Origin: Heptranchias perlo
Lineage: Eukaryota
DNA: 64,000 nt
Direction of reading: 5' to 3'
Assembly (NCBI RefSeq): GCF_035084215.1
Contig: NC_090356.1
Span: 16,616,001 to 16,680,000 of the forward strand
Below, piece by piece: positions 22,401 to 37,400 of this stretch; within the stretch, counting starts at the first letter, position 1, and each line of letters begins with the position of its first letter. The notes beneath the pieces are model-generated. The model saw only the letters and a program-made list of their open reading frames with translations, did not search any database and had not been told where the DNA came from. The position numbers and the translations under genes are program-made.

Positions 22401-25400
22401 GTTAATTGTTGTTAGTGAGAGAAATGTACAGATTGTCAGGTGCTTGTAAATTCTGTCTCTAGGTCAATCTGCAAACTATCTCACTAACAGAAACTAACTT
22501 GCAATTGATCTCAGAATGAAATGACTGCCTTTTTTTAAATAAATGATTCTCACACCCTTTTGCAGTGAGAGAAAGATAGTATTCACAGACGTATGGACTG
22601 TGCCAGAGAAGATCCCCGTGTCACTATTTGAGGGTATGCGCCTCAACTTTTGGCTCCACACCTTGGCAACCATTTCTGATCATCCTGTGGGTAGACCAAG
22701 CAGATCAGAGAACTTATACTGGTGGGTCTGCTCCTGCTCTTGGCTAACTCAGCCATTCATAGACGAGTTGGGTGATATGTTGGTTCATTGGCAAAGATTT
22801 GCCATGTTTCAAGCCCTGGGTGATCTTGGAGTACTAGCACAGAATGTCCAGCAGTTCGCTGGAAGCATACGGCAATGGTGGGCATTGAAAGGGATTGGCT
22901 GATTCCGTCAATGTAATTTGATAACTGCAATTTAAGTCACATTTCTTTACTTGAGGATGTTAGTTTGGATTTTAGTTAGTGGTGTCCTCTTCCTTCTTGG
23001 AGGTGGGGGAACACTTTTAGATGCTTGTGGCGGCTTTGGATATTACCCAATCTCGCCAATCACTGATCTGTACAAAACAGGACACTTGAGAGTGTGACAG
23101 ACATTCTCAGAGCCTTTATCGGGATACATGATAATGTGTGGAATATTCTAAACCGAAGGCTAGAGTTTGCAGGATTCCTCAATCCACATGAAAATCACTG
23201 ACTCTCCAAAGTAGGTTTACTCACCTGGTAGGTCCAAGAAACGAGCACATCTTTAGTACTCTGATCATCAGACATTGCACTGATTTTAATGAGAATGGAC
23301 TCCACCATCACAGAGCCATCAGGGAGGTGCTGAATGGGATAGTCTTTCAAAATGCTTCAAAAAGATGATCAAGAAAGAAAAGAAGAAATAATAACTTGTT
23401 AAAAATTGACTGGTTGAGTTATCTTGGTACCGTTCGTATTTTAATGCTTTATAAACAGTAACTATTTCAAGAAACATTCTGATCAAGTACTTTCATGTCC
23501 ATTAAGCCTCTCTCAGTTGTGAGAGTAGATATCTGAGCTACAGACATCTTCACAACATTGGTGATGAGGATTGTTATCAGTCCAATTTTCAGCCAACAGT
23601 CTATTTTTTTGAGCTGGCTGTTTATTATTTATTTTTAATATAAACTGAACAGCAAAAGCCCAGACTTTTGAGTTCTTGTCCTGTTTTTAGCTAACTTTTT
23701 CTGGTATTGTGAAGTTTACAGTAAAGTATTAAAATCAGAGCAATATGAACTGTTCCCGTGACTGTTAAACTACGATGGCCTCAAAATAAAGTTCAGTGGC
23801 ACCAGCAATTATCACAACTGGACTAACTCTCTTTCCCTTCATTAGCTCATTGTCCTTTTTCATTTATCCCTCGCCTTTGCTCCTGGACAACAATATTCAG
23901 GCATATTATTGTTATCATTTATGCAAAACACAGTCAGATATATAATACCGAGAGCTCCAGTCCTTCTCTTCCTCCACCCGCTAAACAAATGGACATAAGT
24001 GCAAATTTCTATCATGAAGATAACAACATTTTCCCTCAATTTGCTACAGATGAAAAATTAACAAATGAGTCTGAGGTACTGTTCTCATCACCCAATTAGA
24101 GCAGCATTCACAGGGTAACTGGCCACCTATTGGAGAATAGGCAATTGTCACATTTTGGGATTTCTTTAAACATTTTCCCACAGGAACGATTTGGAAAGAA
24201 GCAACATTTAAATATAGGGGTTTTAAAGCATAGAGTATTCACTCAAGTTTTTAAAAAAGCACGAGACGAAAAATGGTTAAAATGCTAATGAGTTTGGTAT
24301 TTAAGTGATTTCTACAAAGATTTAAAACAATAACCAATTTGTTAGACTGGCTTGGTAATCGATAAAAACCTCAAACCCATTATGTTGGGATGTCCCTGGT
24401 CCCAGGTGTGTAGCAGGGGTTGTCTGGAATAGGCCCACCCCTCTGGTTGTGTACACAGGGTGATAAAATAGGGACAGTAACACAAATTGGCAGTTATCTT
24501 TTTAAACAGAAATCTGTTAGGACAAGCTTTTGCCTACACTCGGAAGGTTAGGATGCAGGTAGGTAGAGAGAAGTTATTTAAGTCAAGCAAGACAACCAAC
24601 TGATGTGGGGAATTGTAGCGTATTCATTATTTTGTATTATTACAAAAGACAAGTTGTACTGATTGAATTAAGTGAGACCAATCATAACTGTTGCTCTGTA
24701 TGTTCATTTGCTATCTGAGAAATAAAACGGCTAAGTGTTTTGTTCTGGCATCGCTAAAAGTGTAAACAGTCCAGCTACTTAAAGATTGCAGAAGCATATG
24801 TGAAGGCACATGTGAAAGACACAATATCCAGTTTCTATACCAAGGGGGACGCATTGTTACATCTCTTGGGTAATGCTATCGTATAAGTAGATACTAGGGA
24901 ATCCGAGTCAACTCTAGCACGGAAGGGACATGGGATCCAGTCATTGGAGCAACTGACACCACCAAACCTGAGACTGTATCTACAGCAGACCCCAAATTGC
25001 AACAGCAATGGAGAAAAAATACAGAGAAAATTGTCTTCATTACACCTCCTGCACTTTATCAATCGATCAGAAGAATAATTGGTTCTGAATCATATTTTGT
25101 TCTTCAGTTTTGATAAATCCTTATTATTGTGTCTGTAAATTTGGTGGGGTTTCTTGGTTATCATCTGGCATTTTCTATCTGTTTCAGCTGCTGCTCTGAA
25201 TGACATTTTTCCTCGTGTAGCATATCTAACTTCACCCCTGCATTTTGCTACGGTTGCAATAAACACAAATGAAGCTAGTTATTGCCTCAGTTGACCTAAG
25301 TATGGCAATGTACTCACTTTTTCAGATGGTTGTATATTCGGTTTAAGGTGTCCTGTTCTGAGTGGTGGTCCTGTATCTGAACTTTGCATGTATAACGAAG

Positions 25401-28400
25401 ATGGTGCTCACTGAGACCCAACTCTTTAACAGCCTGTTCAGGTGAAACCAGGCGAAGGCTCTATATGTAAAAGCAACAAGAGCGACTGACATTAATTTTT
25501 TTTTGCTTTCAAGTAAACCCCAAATTTACTTTAAAAATACATGAAACATACATTACTCACATTATCCTTTATAATCAGTGTACCATGCATTAGTTTAGGT
25601 TTCTTTGGATCAGGTAACGGACCTATAGAACAGGAAAAAAGTCATACAGACATCACAGCAAATATCAATCTCAGTAACTGTGTTTACATATCTAATCACT
25701 CACATTTCATGAAAACTTTGTTTTGTTACATTATTTTATTACATTGAAGTTTTGGTTCCAATGCTCTGCATAAAATTGTAATGAACTTTATTTTAATGCA
25801 TTGAACCTCATTATAACAATGTAATTTTGTGGCTTCTCAGCTGCACTCACTAGATCCTGGTCAAGACCCATGTTCCTGGATCTCCAGGCTGTTACTTATG
25901 CACCTGAATTGTGTTTCAAACTAGCCCGGTCTCTGAATACAAATAGAGTGGTAACCTCCTGCATTACTGTCCAACACTGGCCTGCAACTCTGCTGTCTTT
26001 GAGCCCTGGTCAGTATGCTGAACAATCAAAATGCCAGTGATGGAAATGGAAAGTTCTTCAATTTGTGCTCCGAGTGTCGGCATCAGCTACTCTCAAGTCA
26101 GCTAATATACAGTGAAGCTATTTCTATATTACCTCAATAATGTTTCTTAACCTACACACAATAACAAAACTTCCACTGCACTTATGAGATATTTCCATTT
26201 CTGATTTCTTCTATTCTTGTGGTCGCACAGTGTTAATGAAACTTGGTCTCAATTGGTGCAGATAAGGGGATGTTTTTTATTGTACAGATTCGCTCTCGCT
26301 AGAAACTGAATTGAAAATACCCAAACTATTTCACTTAGGTCCCTTGCAGATATCAGAGATGATGTTAATTCCATTAGCTACACTGGAATCCAAGCCTCAG
26401 AGGTGAAAGGACAATGCACTAAAGTGTCACTTACTCTACCACCCTTGATTTCCTGCATTCTTAGACTTACTTTCTGGAACACTCCATTGATATCACCCCT
26501 GTAGTTATAAAACCGCATATCATCCAAATCATTGTGAACAATGCCACGGGAGATCGACTGCTGTCTAAAACGTTTTGCAATGCATCCATCACACTTTAAA
26601 CTGAACATCCTTTAATGAAATATATCAAAAAAGAAAGTCGGTCATTAGCCACTAACTGACCTCAGAATATACCTAGCAATTAGACCTTGGACCTTAAAGG
26701 GACAGGCCAAGTTATAAACTGCTCCACCTTTGCAGAATAATATATTGTGCATTATCTTGTATAACGTTCCTCTCCTTATTAGACTATCATCTAATTTACT
26801 ATAGCAATATCATGTGAGATCTGCCAGTGGTTTAAAAATAACACCTCCCTTGAACTCTTCTGAAGACAGCAAAATTAAACCATCTGCTCATATCTTTATT
26901 GGAATTTAATTTCTAAATTTTTACATTGTATTTATTGCTTTTAGTTGGTGTCAACCTTGGCTCAGTGGTAGCACGCTCGCCTTTGATTCAGAAGGTTGAG
27001 GATTCAAGTCCCACTCTAGAGACTTGAGCACGTAATCCAGGCTGGCATTCAGTACAGTACTGAGGACTGTCAGAGGTGCCACCTTTTGGATGAGACGTTA
27101 AGCCAAGGTCCCATCTGCCCTATCAGGTGGACATAAAAGATCCCATGGCACTATTCGAAGAAGAGCAGAGGAGTTCTCCTGCTGTCATGGCCAATATCCT
27201 TCAACCAACGTCACTAAAACAGATTTTCTGGTCATTATCTCATTGCTGTTTGTGGGACCTTGCTGTGCGCAAATTGGCTGCTGCATTTTCATTACAACAG
27301 TGACTACACTTCACAAGTACTTCATTAGCTGTAAAGCACTGTGGAATGTCCTGGAGTCATGAAAGGTGCTATATAAATGCAATTCTTTCTTTAGTTTGCC
27401 CCCCGTTTCTGAAGCGAGGACTCTTGCTGGGAAATGTTTCCACAGGTGCTGGTCGTCCTCTGATACCTCGCTCAAGTAGTTCTCCTTCATAAGTGAGTGC
27501 CGATAATAAGCGCTGGCCGGCTATTCGACACTGGGGAGCATCACTGCTGAACCCCAGCCTTTCCTCGGTCAATATCCCAATGCATCCATTTTCCAGTAGA
27601 TATTACTGGAAAGTGGTCATAAACAGAATGCCTACACGATTATTTCCCTGGAGCAAGCTGTAGCCCCGCCTAGCTGAGTTCAGCTAACTCAGCACAGACC
27701 AGTGATCAAACCTCGGGCCTTCTTGGCCTGCGTGGTTCAGTTCCATAGCGGGCAACTGGCCAACTAAGCCATGAGCCAACCATACTTTTATTTATAAATA
27801 CAATTTCAGGTCTTTAAAAAAATGAGGCCATTTTCTAAATCTTAAGGAAAGACCAATTCTATTACCAAGAGTTGAATCCCTCTTCAGCAGGCCGAGAGAA
27901 ATATCCACAGGAATATTGGGATTAGTAACTATTGTAGCTGTCTCTCCATTGGCTGGCATGTAGCAATTAATACCTAGACAAAAAACAGGTAAATAAATAT
28001 TAAAAGTCTTCTTTCCAGGACATTACACTAAAAGTGTATTTAAAATTACACTAGCAACAAAATATAGTTTACAAAGGTTAAAAGTATGAGGGAAATTTCA
28101 CCCTGGCAGTGGCATGGCAGGACATGGCATGTGGAAGTGCAAACTGCTAGGACAGATAGGCCAGCAATAATGATACTGGGAAGGGCTTCCATCTGCTGGA
28201 GGAATGAGTGGGCTTATTCCTCACTGGGGATGGGAGGAAATTGCACATCTGAGGGGCATGTGTGGGCCCAGCAACATCAGATAATATTCATGAACTAATT
28301 GCTACTCAACAGGAACAAAGAAAAAGCAACATCAAAGATAACTTTTCAACAAGCAGAAGTGTGTGAGGTACATACGGTTTCCGCTTCATTTCAGCTGCGC

Positions 28401-31400
28401 AGTGAAATGGTTCAAACTGGTATTTGTAGGAGAGAAAAGGTCACTACTTCTAAAGTGTGTTTTTCTGGTTCATTTTTGTGCTTATTAAGGTGATAGATAT
28501 CAGTGTTCAAGAACAAAAAATGTTTTTATTTTGGGCACAATTTGCTTATATCACACATATTCAAGGTGGGTATAGCAAGACCAAATACCCTGCCAGAGAA
28601 CAGCACTCCTCCTATATCAGTGTGATTTTTTTCATTTCACACACCAGCCATCCCGATGGCCTCTCAGTGAGCTACCGAGTTAGTGCCAATCCATCCCATA
28701 TTGTGGGCTGTTCTGGGCTTCGCAAACATTAGAAACTAGGTTGACACTACTCAAATTCATTTCACTGGGATCGTTACAGTTGTCAGAGAGAACACTTTTG
28801 TCTCAGCGGTCTGGGCAGGATTCAAATCCAGGTCTCTAGAGATGAAAGGGAAATGAGCTAATTCACATAGTCAGTCAAAGCCCACTAAATATCACAAATT
28901 CTAGCTAGAGTCCATTTGGATAAGGTTGTGCATAAGAGATTGCTGGTTAAAATTGAGGCATATGGAATTGAGGCAACTTTGTGGTATGAACAGCAAACTG
29001 GTTGGGAGGTATGAGACAAAAATTTGGGATAAAAGGAATATTGTTGATTTGAAAGGAAATGGCAAGTGGTGTCCCACAGAATTGCTGTTAGGACCCCAGC
29101 TTTTCACTTTATAATAAATGACCTGGCTTTGTACATAGAAGGAAGTATATTCAAGTTTGCAAATGATGCTAAGTTAGGAGGTATAGTGAACTATTAAGAG
29201 GAGGACAGATCAATTGTGAATGACAACAATTGTCTAATGTAATGAGTCTTACAACACCAGGTTATAGTCCAACAGCTTTATTTGAAATCACAAGCTTTCG
29301 GAGGCTTCCTCCTTCGTCACCTGATGAAGGAGGAAGCCTCCGAAAGCTTGTGATTTTCAAATAAAACTGTTGGACTATAACCTGGTGTTGTAAGACTCCT
29401 TACATTTGTCCACCCCAGTCCATCACCGGCATCTCCACATCACAACAATTGTCTAGCCTAACTGTGAGGTAGTACATTTTGGACTTAAGAATGGCAAATG
29501 GGAATCCAGTCTAAATGAGGAAGCACTAAGGGGTGTAGACAAACAAAGGAATTTAGTGTTCCAGGTATATAAATCATTAAGAGGGATCAAATAAACTGAT
29601 GGGGCGCTGGGCTTCATCACAAGACGTATAGAATATAAAAGCAAAGTGCTTAAAGTATTATGTTGGCTGTCCTACCTCAAGGAGGACAAACCGGTCTTAA
29701 ACATAGAAACATAGAAAATAGGAGCAGGCCCTTCGAGCCTGCTCCGCCATTCATTCAATATGATCATGGCTGATCCTCTACCTCAATATCAAATTCCTGC
29801 TCTCTCCCCATAGAGACACAATTTGGAGAAAGTACAGCAATAATTCACCAGGATGATACTTGAGTTGATGGGATTTAGCTATAATAAAAGATTGGATAAA
29901 CGTGGGTTATATTCCCTTGAGAATAATTACCTTGAGGTTAAGGGGTGATCTGACTTAAGTATTTGTAATGATGAAGGGAATAACATGGTACAGAGGGAGA
30001 AACACTGCCCTCTTATATGGGAATCTAGATCAAGGGGACATAAATTTCAAATTTGAACAAAGCCAATTAAAAGTAACTTCAGAAACAATTTCTTCATGCA
30101 AAGGGTTGTGAGAATGTGGAATGTACAGAGCCAGAAGCAGAACCAATTGAGATGTATCATAGAAAAGTATCAATAAGGGATATAGAGAAAAGGGAAGGGA
30201 ATTGGGATTAAAAAGATAAAAACATGGTTAACAAACAGGTGGAGCACGCTGATTTGCTGAATGCCTTGTCTTGTTCCTATTTTTATATAATCCTTAATAT
30301 TTGCTTCACATGAAAAGATCAGATCTGGGCACTGAAAGATCTCGTTAGCCTACGTTTGCATTGCAGAGGATAATATAATACATGAGATTTAAGTGAGACT
30401 TACCAAACTCCTGCTCAATTTTCTGTTTAAGGAATCCCATTTTCTTAGCCTCCCCATGGACCAGCAGCACATTTTGCGGTTCTGCTTGACGGATAAGTTG
30501 CATGATGCCTTTGGCGTCAGCATGTGCACTGAATGACATGTATTCCACCTGCATCTTCACTTCTAGCTGGGAAGGATGTGTTAGCAACATAAGTAACCTG
30601 CAGTATCATAAACGTTATTTTCAATTGAATTGAAATGAAATTATTTTTAATAAAGAAACTCAAAATCTCAATTTCAAATTTAGATTTAATGCTAAAAAAT
30701 TCCTGAAGATGAAGTATTATGTTTAAGATGCATTGAACCATAAATCTATTTTGTAACATATATTTTAACTCCCAATGCCCAACAACTCTAACAATAGCTC
30801 ACAAGGAGACTAGATCAGCTTGACTAATGATATCAACTTGCTGAGAAATAGGCCTCCTCAGCTAGTTTCAGCACATAAAAGCATTTGGCATCTCACGATA
30901 TACAGTTACAATTTACAAATTACAGTGCTCGTTTACTAACAGAGGAGTTAAGAACATAACCTTCCTCGAGTATAAATCTACAGAAAGATCAGGGACAGAG
31001 ATGGATATAAAATAGGTTAAAAAATGGTCAGAAAAACTAAAATAGAGAATGATATTAAGATGGTGGGGTATATAAAGCGCCATTAATTTGAATGGATTTT
31101 ATAAATATATTCAAAGCAAACACTTAGTCAGTGAAACAGCAGCAGCCCTGAAGGAACCCCTGCAGTAAGTCAGAAATTGGCTCAATCAGAGGAAACAAAG
31201 GACATAGAGGGAGGTGATTAGTGGGTGCCTGAGGATCAGTGTTGAGGCTTTTTTTCTTTTTTTAACAATGTACATAAATGATTCAGGGTGGGGACAGAAA
31301 CAATGCTGCTTAAGTTTGTTAATGATATGAAATTGGGCAGAGGGGAAGGAAGAGCTACAAATAACAGGGAATAAGCAGAACAATTACAGGGAATCTGGAT

Positions 31401-34400
31401 AAATTAAGGTTTGGACTAACAACTGCCAGATGTGAACAAACACTAGGTTATGAGAGTGGAGATGGGGAATAAGCATTGGAATTATATGATGGATAGTAGC
31501 GGACTACAGGACACAATACAGAAGTGGGATCTGGGGCTACTGGTAGATAGCTCATTAAAATCATCAGCACACCATGCGACAGCAATAAGAAAGGCAAGCC
31601 AGACCTTAGCGTGCATAGCCGGAGGAACAAAAAGTCCCTGGGGTGATAGTGAACTTATAAGAGCACCAGTTCTGCCACACCAAGAGTACTGTATACAAAT
31701 CTGTTCACTGTACTACAATCAGGATATCCTGGCTTTGGAGAGGGTACAGAGGAGCGCAAATGAACTCAGAGGAGATTAGGCACCCGTGCAACGAGAGCAA
31801 AGAAGCTGGGAATGTTACACTGGGAGAAAAGGTTAGGGAATTGAAGTTTTCAAGACTCTAAGGGGTACAAATAAACTGAACCCTAATAATTTATTTGACA
31901 CATCTGTCACAAAAGTGAAGTATTTTTGTCGAAGGTGTATCATGGGATTGGTTTCTTTCTTTCTGACACGGTACAAACCAGGTCACTCACAGGAAATGAT
32001 CCAGCTTGTTTTGATCTGCACTAGCCTCGGAATATTGATGTTATGCTGGTCAGGTAGCCAAGAGAGGGGCCAAGCATCTTGTGGGTTTTGTTTGTCTTTA
32101 TGTTTGATTGGCAGCTTTATCTGAATTCAGGAGTTGCCAGGACTGTCGCATTGTCATCCTGCAAATGGGACATTAAACTAAAGCTCCTTCTGCCAGTTGA
32201 GGAGGATATTAAAGATCCCATGGGACTTTTTGAAGAAGTTCAGGGCATTTGCCAGATGTCCTAATAAATTACTTCCTCAAGTAATACTGCCAAAAACCAG
32301 ATGAACTGGTCATTCATCTCATTACCGTTTGTGGGTTCTTGCTTTCAACAGTCACTACACTGCAAAGCAATTCACTGTACTATAATGATGTGAATCATTT
32401 TGATAAGGTAGCATATAAATGAAAGTCTTTCACTTTGGGACTGGCTAGATAGACCGCCATGGTCTATTCTGATCCTGTACAATCCAGAGTGCCTAAAAGC
32501 ACAATTCATTAACGTATTCAAAGGAACACTTACAGTTTGTCTCCCCTCCAGTTCAAGTTTCCGTTGTCCATTTAGGATTTTATGTCCCACCGTTCCTTGT
32601 ACACAGTACCCCGGCATAATGACCTGAGACAACAAGTGCACATCTTAGAGCCCAGATGATATATAGTGTAGAACTTATAGGTGAGAAAAGTTGTAACTCC
32701 ATGTATTGAAGCCTCAGTGTAAGTGGATCTGCTTTCCCTTACCATATTTTTATCATTGCCTGCCCATTTCCTGAAAATCTGCAGGGACTGTCCAGCGTGA
32801 AGCATGCCTGGTGTAGCAAAGACAACCTGGAAAAATCAACTTTATCATGACTAACTTCATCAAGTATTTCTGTACAAACCCTTTACGTTTTAATTTTCAA
32901 GTCAAATTTCCAATGTTAAAGCACAATTATGAAAATAATAAAGTCGTCACTAAACAAATCAAAATGCTAAAGGCAGCTAAAGTACAATTATAAATTGTAA
33001 TTAAGGACAGGTAAACACTTCTAATACAGACAATTCAAACAATTATGACGACTGTCAATAAATGCAAGTGATCAATGCCAACTCTAAACCTGAACCCCAA
33101 ATTCTGGCTCAACTCAATTGTATTTTTTTTGTTGTATAGAACAAGGTACTGAAACCAAAATATTGTGAGATTTTGCCAGTTCTAATTCAAGATTGGGTAT
33201 TTTTGCTCAAAGCTCCTAGTAGGATTTTGTACACATGAAACATGCAGAACAGCTTTAGAAGAATCTGATTTTCTTTCCAAATGCACAACTACACATTTGT
33301 AAATTCCCATGTGCTAGTACAACAGCATCTGCTCCTTCGATTGCTCAGTGTGGTAAACTACTCAGCCATATTCTCAGGTTTGGTCTATAGCGCATTAGCT
33401 AATATCATTAAAGTGGTAGCTGGGTCACTGCAATTGGCTTCAGTGTCACCAGGCTAGAGAGGAAGAAAACAATGCAACCAATGTTCCTGTACCTGAACTC
33501 TATCTAGTGACCCCTGCTGGAAAGTAATCTATGGTTGTTCGGTGAGTATAGGGATGGGTTTGACAGTTATGCCCTCTATGGTTGAATAGTCTGCCAACAC
33601 TCACACATAAAGAGTGGTCACTCTATTAAACTACCAGCACCCATGGAACTACACCTTTGGAGTCACTGCCTCCAGAATAGGATAGAGGAAATGAAGAAAA
33701 AACATACAGTGGCAGGGTTGATTCAGGTTTGTTCAAATAAATCTGAGATAAACCAGCTAGACATAGCTAGAGAATCATAGAATTTTACAGCCCCCAAGGC
33801 CACTCGGCCCATTGCACCAGTTCTCTGAAAGACCTATCCAGTATTATTCCCTTGCCCTTTCCCCACACCCTTTTACATTTCTCGTTTCCAAATATTTATC
33901 CACTTTCCTTTTAAAACAGTTGTGAAATCTGCTTCTATTACGGTTTCTGGGCGGGTATTCCACCTCTTAACAACTCACTGCACAAAAGAATTTCTCCCAT
34001 CCTTTCCCTTCATTCTTTTAGCCATGATTTTAAATTAAGGGCCTCTAGTCACCAACTAAATTACCACTGTGTTAGTAAAATCAATGCATTCATGCTTTTT
34101 TCCCTTTTTATCTTATCAAAATCCCTCATAATTTTGAGCACCACTATCAAATCCTCTCCTAACCTCTGTTTTCATGAAAAGAACCCCAGTTTCTCTAGTC
34201 TCCATTTGTAACTAAAACCTCTCATCCCAGTAAACCCTTAGTAAGTACCTTCTGTACCATTTGGGTTTCAAAAACCTCATGACTGGAGGCATATATAGGC
34301 TTTCGTAGTTCAAAATATGAATCTAGTCTATGTTAAAATGTTTGTAATAACAGCTCAAACAAGGGAGGAAAAAAAAGTTTTTAGAACCGGAAATTTTTGT

Positions 34401-37400
34401 GCACAACCAAATGAATTGAAACAAATCAAAACAACAGAGCAAAATACAACAGCAACATACCATTGGTCCGGGGTTGTCAGCGTAGGTCCTATCAAATGTC
34501 TTGATGTGTTTGAACTCAAACATATTTCTCTGCACAAATGTCTTCCTAATTTTTTGATTGGTCCACGTAATAAATAATTTATAATAATGATTGGCTTTTT
34601 CAGTCAGTCCAGTTGAGAAGTAAATGGGTGCCTTCAAGTTCATTCGCTCCCTGCATGTAGAAATGACAATCAAATTCTGAAACAGTCTTTATCAGTTACT
34701 GTATTATCATGGATGTTTTAGCTGTGGTAAGTAATCTTCCTCAGGTTATTAAGTTATTTTCGTACAATCCATAGTAATGCAAATTATATGTGGTCTGTGG
34801 AAGGAGTGGGTTTAATGATCTAAATGGTCTTTTCTCATTAAGTTCTTAGGACATTTCCAATCTCTGCCTCTGAGAATGTTGGCTGTGCTACTAGAAATTT
34901 CTTTATGGTTGCAAAAGATTTCAGAGCTCCTATTGCCATTCTAGATATAGGTGTCAGCCTTGGCTCAGTGGTAGCACTCTCACCTCCAAGTCAGAAGGTC
35001 ACAAGTTCAAGTCCCACTCCAGAGACTTAAGCACAAAATCTAGGCTGATACTTCAGTGCAGTACTGAGGGAGTGCTGAGGGAGCACTGTCAGAGGCACCA
35101 TATTTCAACAAATTGCATTTTTATAGCACCTTTAACATAGTAAAAGGCGCTTTCAGATGAGTCGTTAGTTCAAGGTCCCATCTGCTCTCTCAGGAGGACG
35201 TAAAAGATCTCATAGTACTATTCAAAGAAGAGGAGGGGAGTTCTTCTGGTATCCTGGGCAATGATCATCCCTCAACCAACACCACTATAACAGTGTTTTT
35301 CATTGCTGTTTGTAGGACCTTGCTGTGTACAAATTGGCTGCATCATTTCTCAACATTATAACAGTGACTACATTTCAAAAGTGCTTCAATAGCTGTGAAG
35401 CACTTTGGGATGTCCTGGGGTTATGAAAGATGCTATATAAATGCAATTTCTTTCTTTTTAACTCTACATCTAAGTTGGCACCCGATCAACAAGATCTAGA
35501 TCAAGGACAATTCCACGGCCAATATGGAGTCATGAACAGGCTTGGCAATATAAGCTGGCAACTAGAGTCTCCAATCAAATGTTGTGAATCTCAGACCTGC
35601 ACAGTGGTTTCTCTATCACCTACTGCTGCTGTACCTTCAAATAACACCTTACAAAAACAACAATTTTTAAAACTAGCACTTAAGCTCAAACCTACAGCCT
35701 AAAAGCCTTGCCAGCGACACCCATTTCCTGAGAATGAATATAGTCATTTTTTTAAATGACGAACAGACAGTGTTCTAACACAAAGTAATGCAGTCCCTTG
35801 TAAATTTATTTTAGTAGTTCTCACCCCTGGATGTAAAAAGTTTTACATTACTAGTGGATCTCCCAAACGTTGATTCATGGTGAGATGGAGGATATAATGT
35901 GTTTTAATAACAGGGTGTTATGCCACTTAACGTACAATATATTATTACACAATAATCTTCTCTGCAGTCAGTGCTGGAGAAAAATAAAAAATAAAAACAC
36001 ATTCAAATAAAAGAGCAAGTACTGGGCTGGGAGGAAATGGCAGGAAGTAGGGGATTGGTTTGTGGGAAACAGTAGGTGCAAAAACCAGACCCGTGAGGGA
36101 ATCGGGGGGAGGAAGTTACCATCTGGAAGTAATCATGGGAGTACTTGGAGACCGGGGACATGATTTTAGCTCGGGGCTAGGAACCCAGCACATGGGTAGA
36201 CATTCGCACGGGGAACCCAGAAGTCAAGTGAGTGTGTTGCAATCTCTGATCACAACTCAACTGAAGGTAAGTATTTGTGCTTCTGAGTTTCCCACCCGCC
36301 AGGCAGCCAGATTGACAGGCTGGATGCCTGTCGGGAGGGAAAGGAGCCGCAAATCAGAGAGGAAGGAGGGAAAGAGAGATCGAGGACCGTGGAAGTAATT
36401 GGTGGGTAGGGGCGTGGACGACATTAGGTGGGCCTTGGAGAAGATCGGGGCGGGGGGGGGGGGGGGTCGGTCGGCCGATTGCGGGGGTCCTGTTGGTCTA
36501 GGTGAGCTTGTTGGGCCTGGATGAAGCACTCCTGCTATTCCTGGCCCACAAGCATTGTAATAAAGGCACTCACCTCATGGATCCAGCCTTTCTCGCCTGC
36601 TTTCACGTGACGTGAATCAGAAGCGATGGGAAATCCAGGCAGGTACGGTTAAATTAGTTTTACATTTCTAATACACGAAAAATTAGTGCCTCAACTATCG
36701 CAATGAGGTACATTGCCCCTTTGAGTATCGACCCGCCTGCTTTAAGTCGGGATGGGACTTCCGGGTTTCTGTTGCGCGGACATCCTAATGCGCCTGGGTT
36801 AAATCCGGAAGTTTTTTTTTATTTGTTCATGGGATGTGGCCGTCGCTGGCGAGGCCAGCATTTATTGCCCATCCCTAATTGCCCGAGGAGGTGGTGGTGA
36901 GCCGCCTTCTTGAACCACTGCAGTCCGTGTGGTGAAGGTTCCCCCACAGTGCTGTTAGGTAAGGAGTTCCAGGATTTTGACCCAGCGATGATGAAGGAAC
37001 GGCGATATATTTCCAATTCGGGATGGTGCGTGACTTGGAGAGGAACGTGCAGGTGGTGTTGTTCCCATGTGCCTGCTGCCCTTGTCCTTCTAGGTGGTAG
37101 AGGTCATGGGTTTGGGAAGTGCTGTCGAAGAAGCCCTGGCAAGTTACTGCAGTGCATCCTGTGGATGGTACACACTGCAGCCACTGTGCGGCGGTGGTGG
37201 TGAGGGTGAATGTTTAGGATGGTGGATGGGGTGCCAATCAAGCGGGCTGCTTTATCCTGGATGGTGTCGAGCTTCTTGAGTGTTGTTGGAGCTGCACTCA
37301 TCCAGGCAAGTGGAGAGTATTCCATTCACAATCCTGACTTAATAAGAACATAAGAAATAGGAGCAGGAGTAGGCCAATCGGCCCCTCGAGCCTGCTCCGC

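Larger units (their letters stand above)
28900..30300 (+). mobile_element. Degenerate CR1 LINE RT/3' fragment with nested insertions
   Basis: Remnants of the [20 protein letters not shown] and CEVVHFG motifs, and a CR1-type 3' region. Confidence 0.75.

Noticed and set aside
22543-22902. 119-aa + strand ORF as a novel gene, and a nearby homeobox-like RRKRTPLTK peptide on the minus strand
   Set aside because: No recognisable domain. The opposite strand shows RTE-LINE remnants, and the homeobox-like stretch stops before any helix-3 WFxNRR motif.
36080-36810. GC-richer tract, possibly a Harbinger-derived MITE (similar tracts at about 18090-18850 and 61520-61760)
   Set aside because: Matching TIRs or a TSD could not be identified by eye, so it is not annotated.
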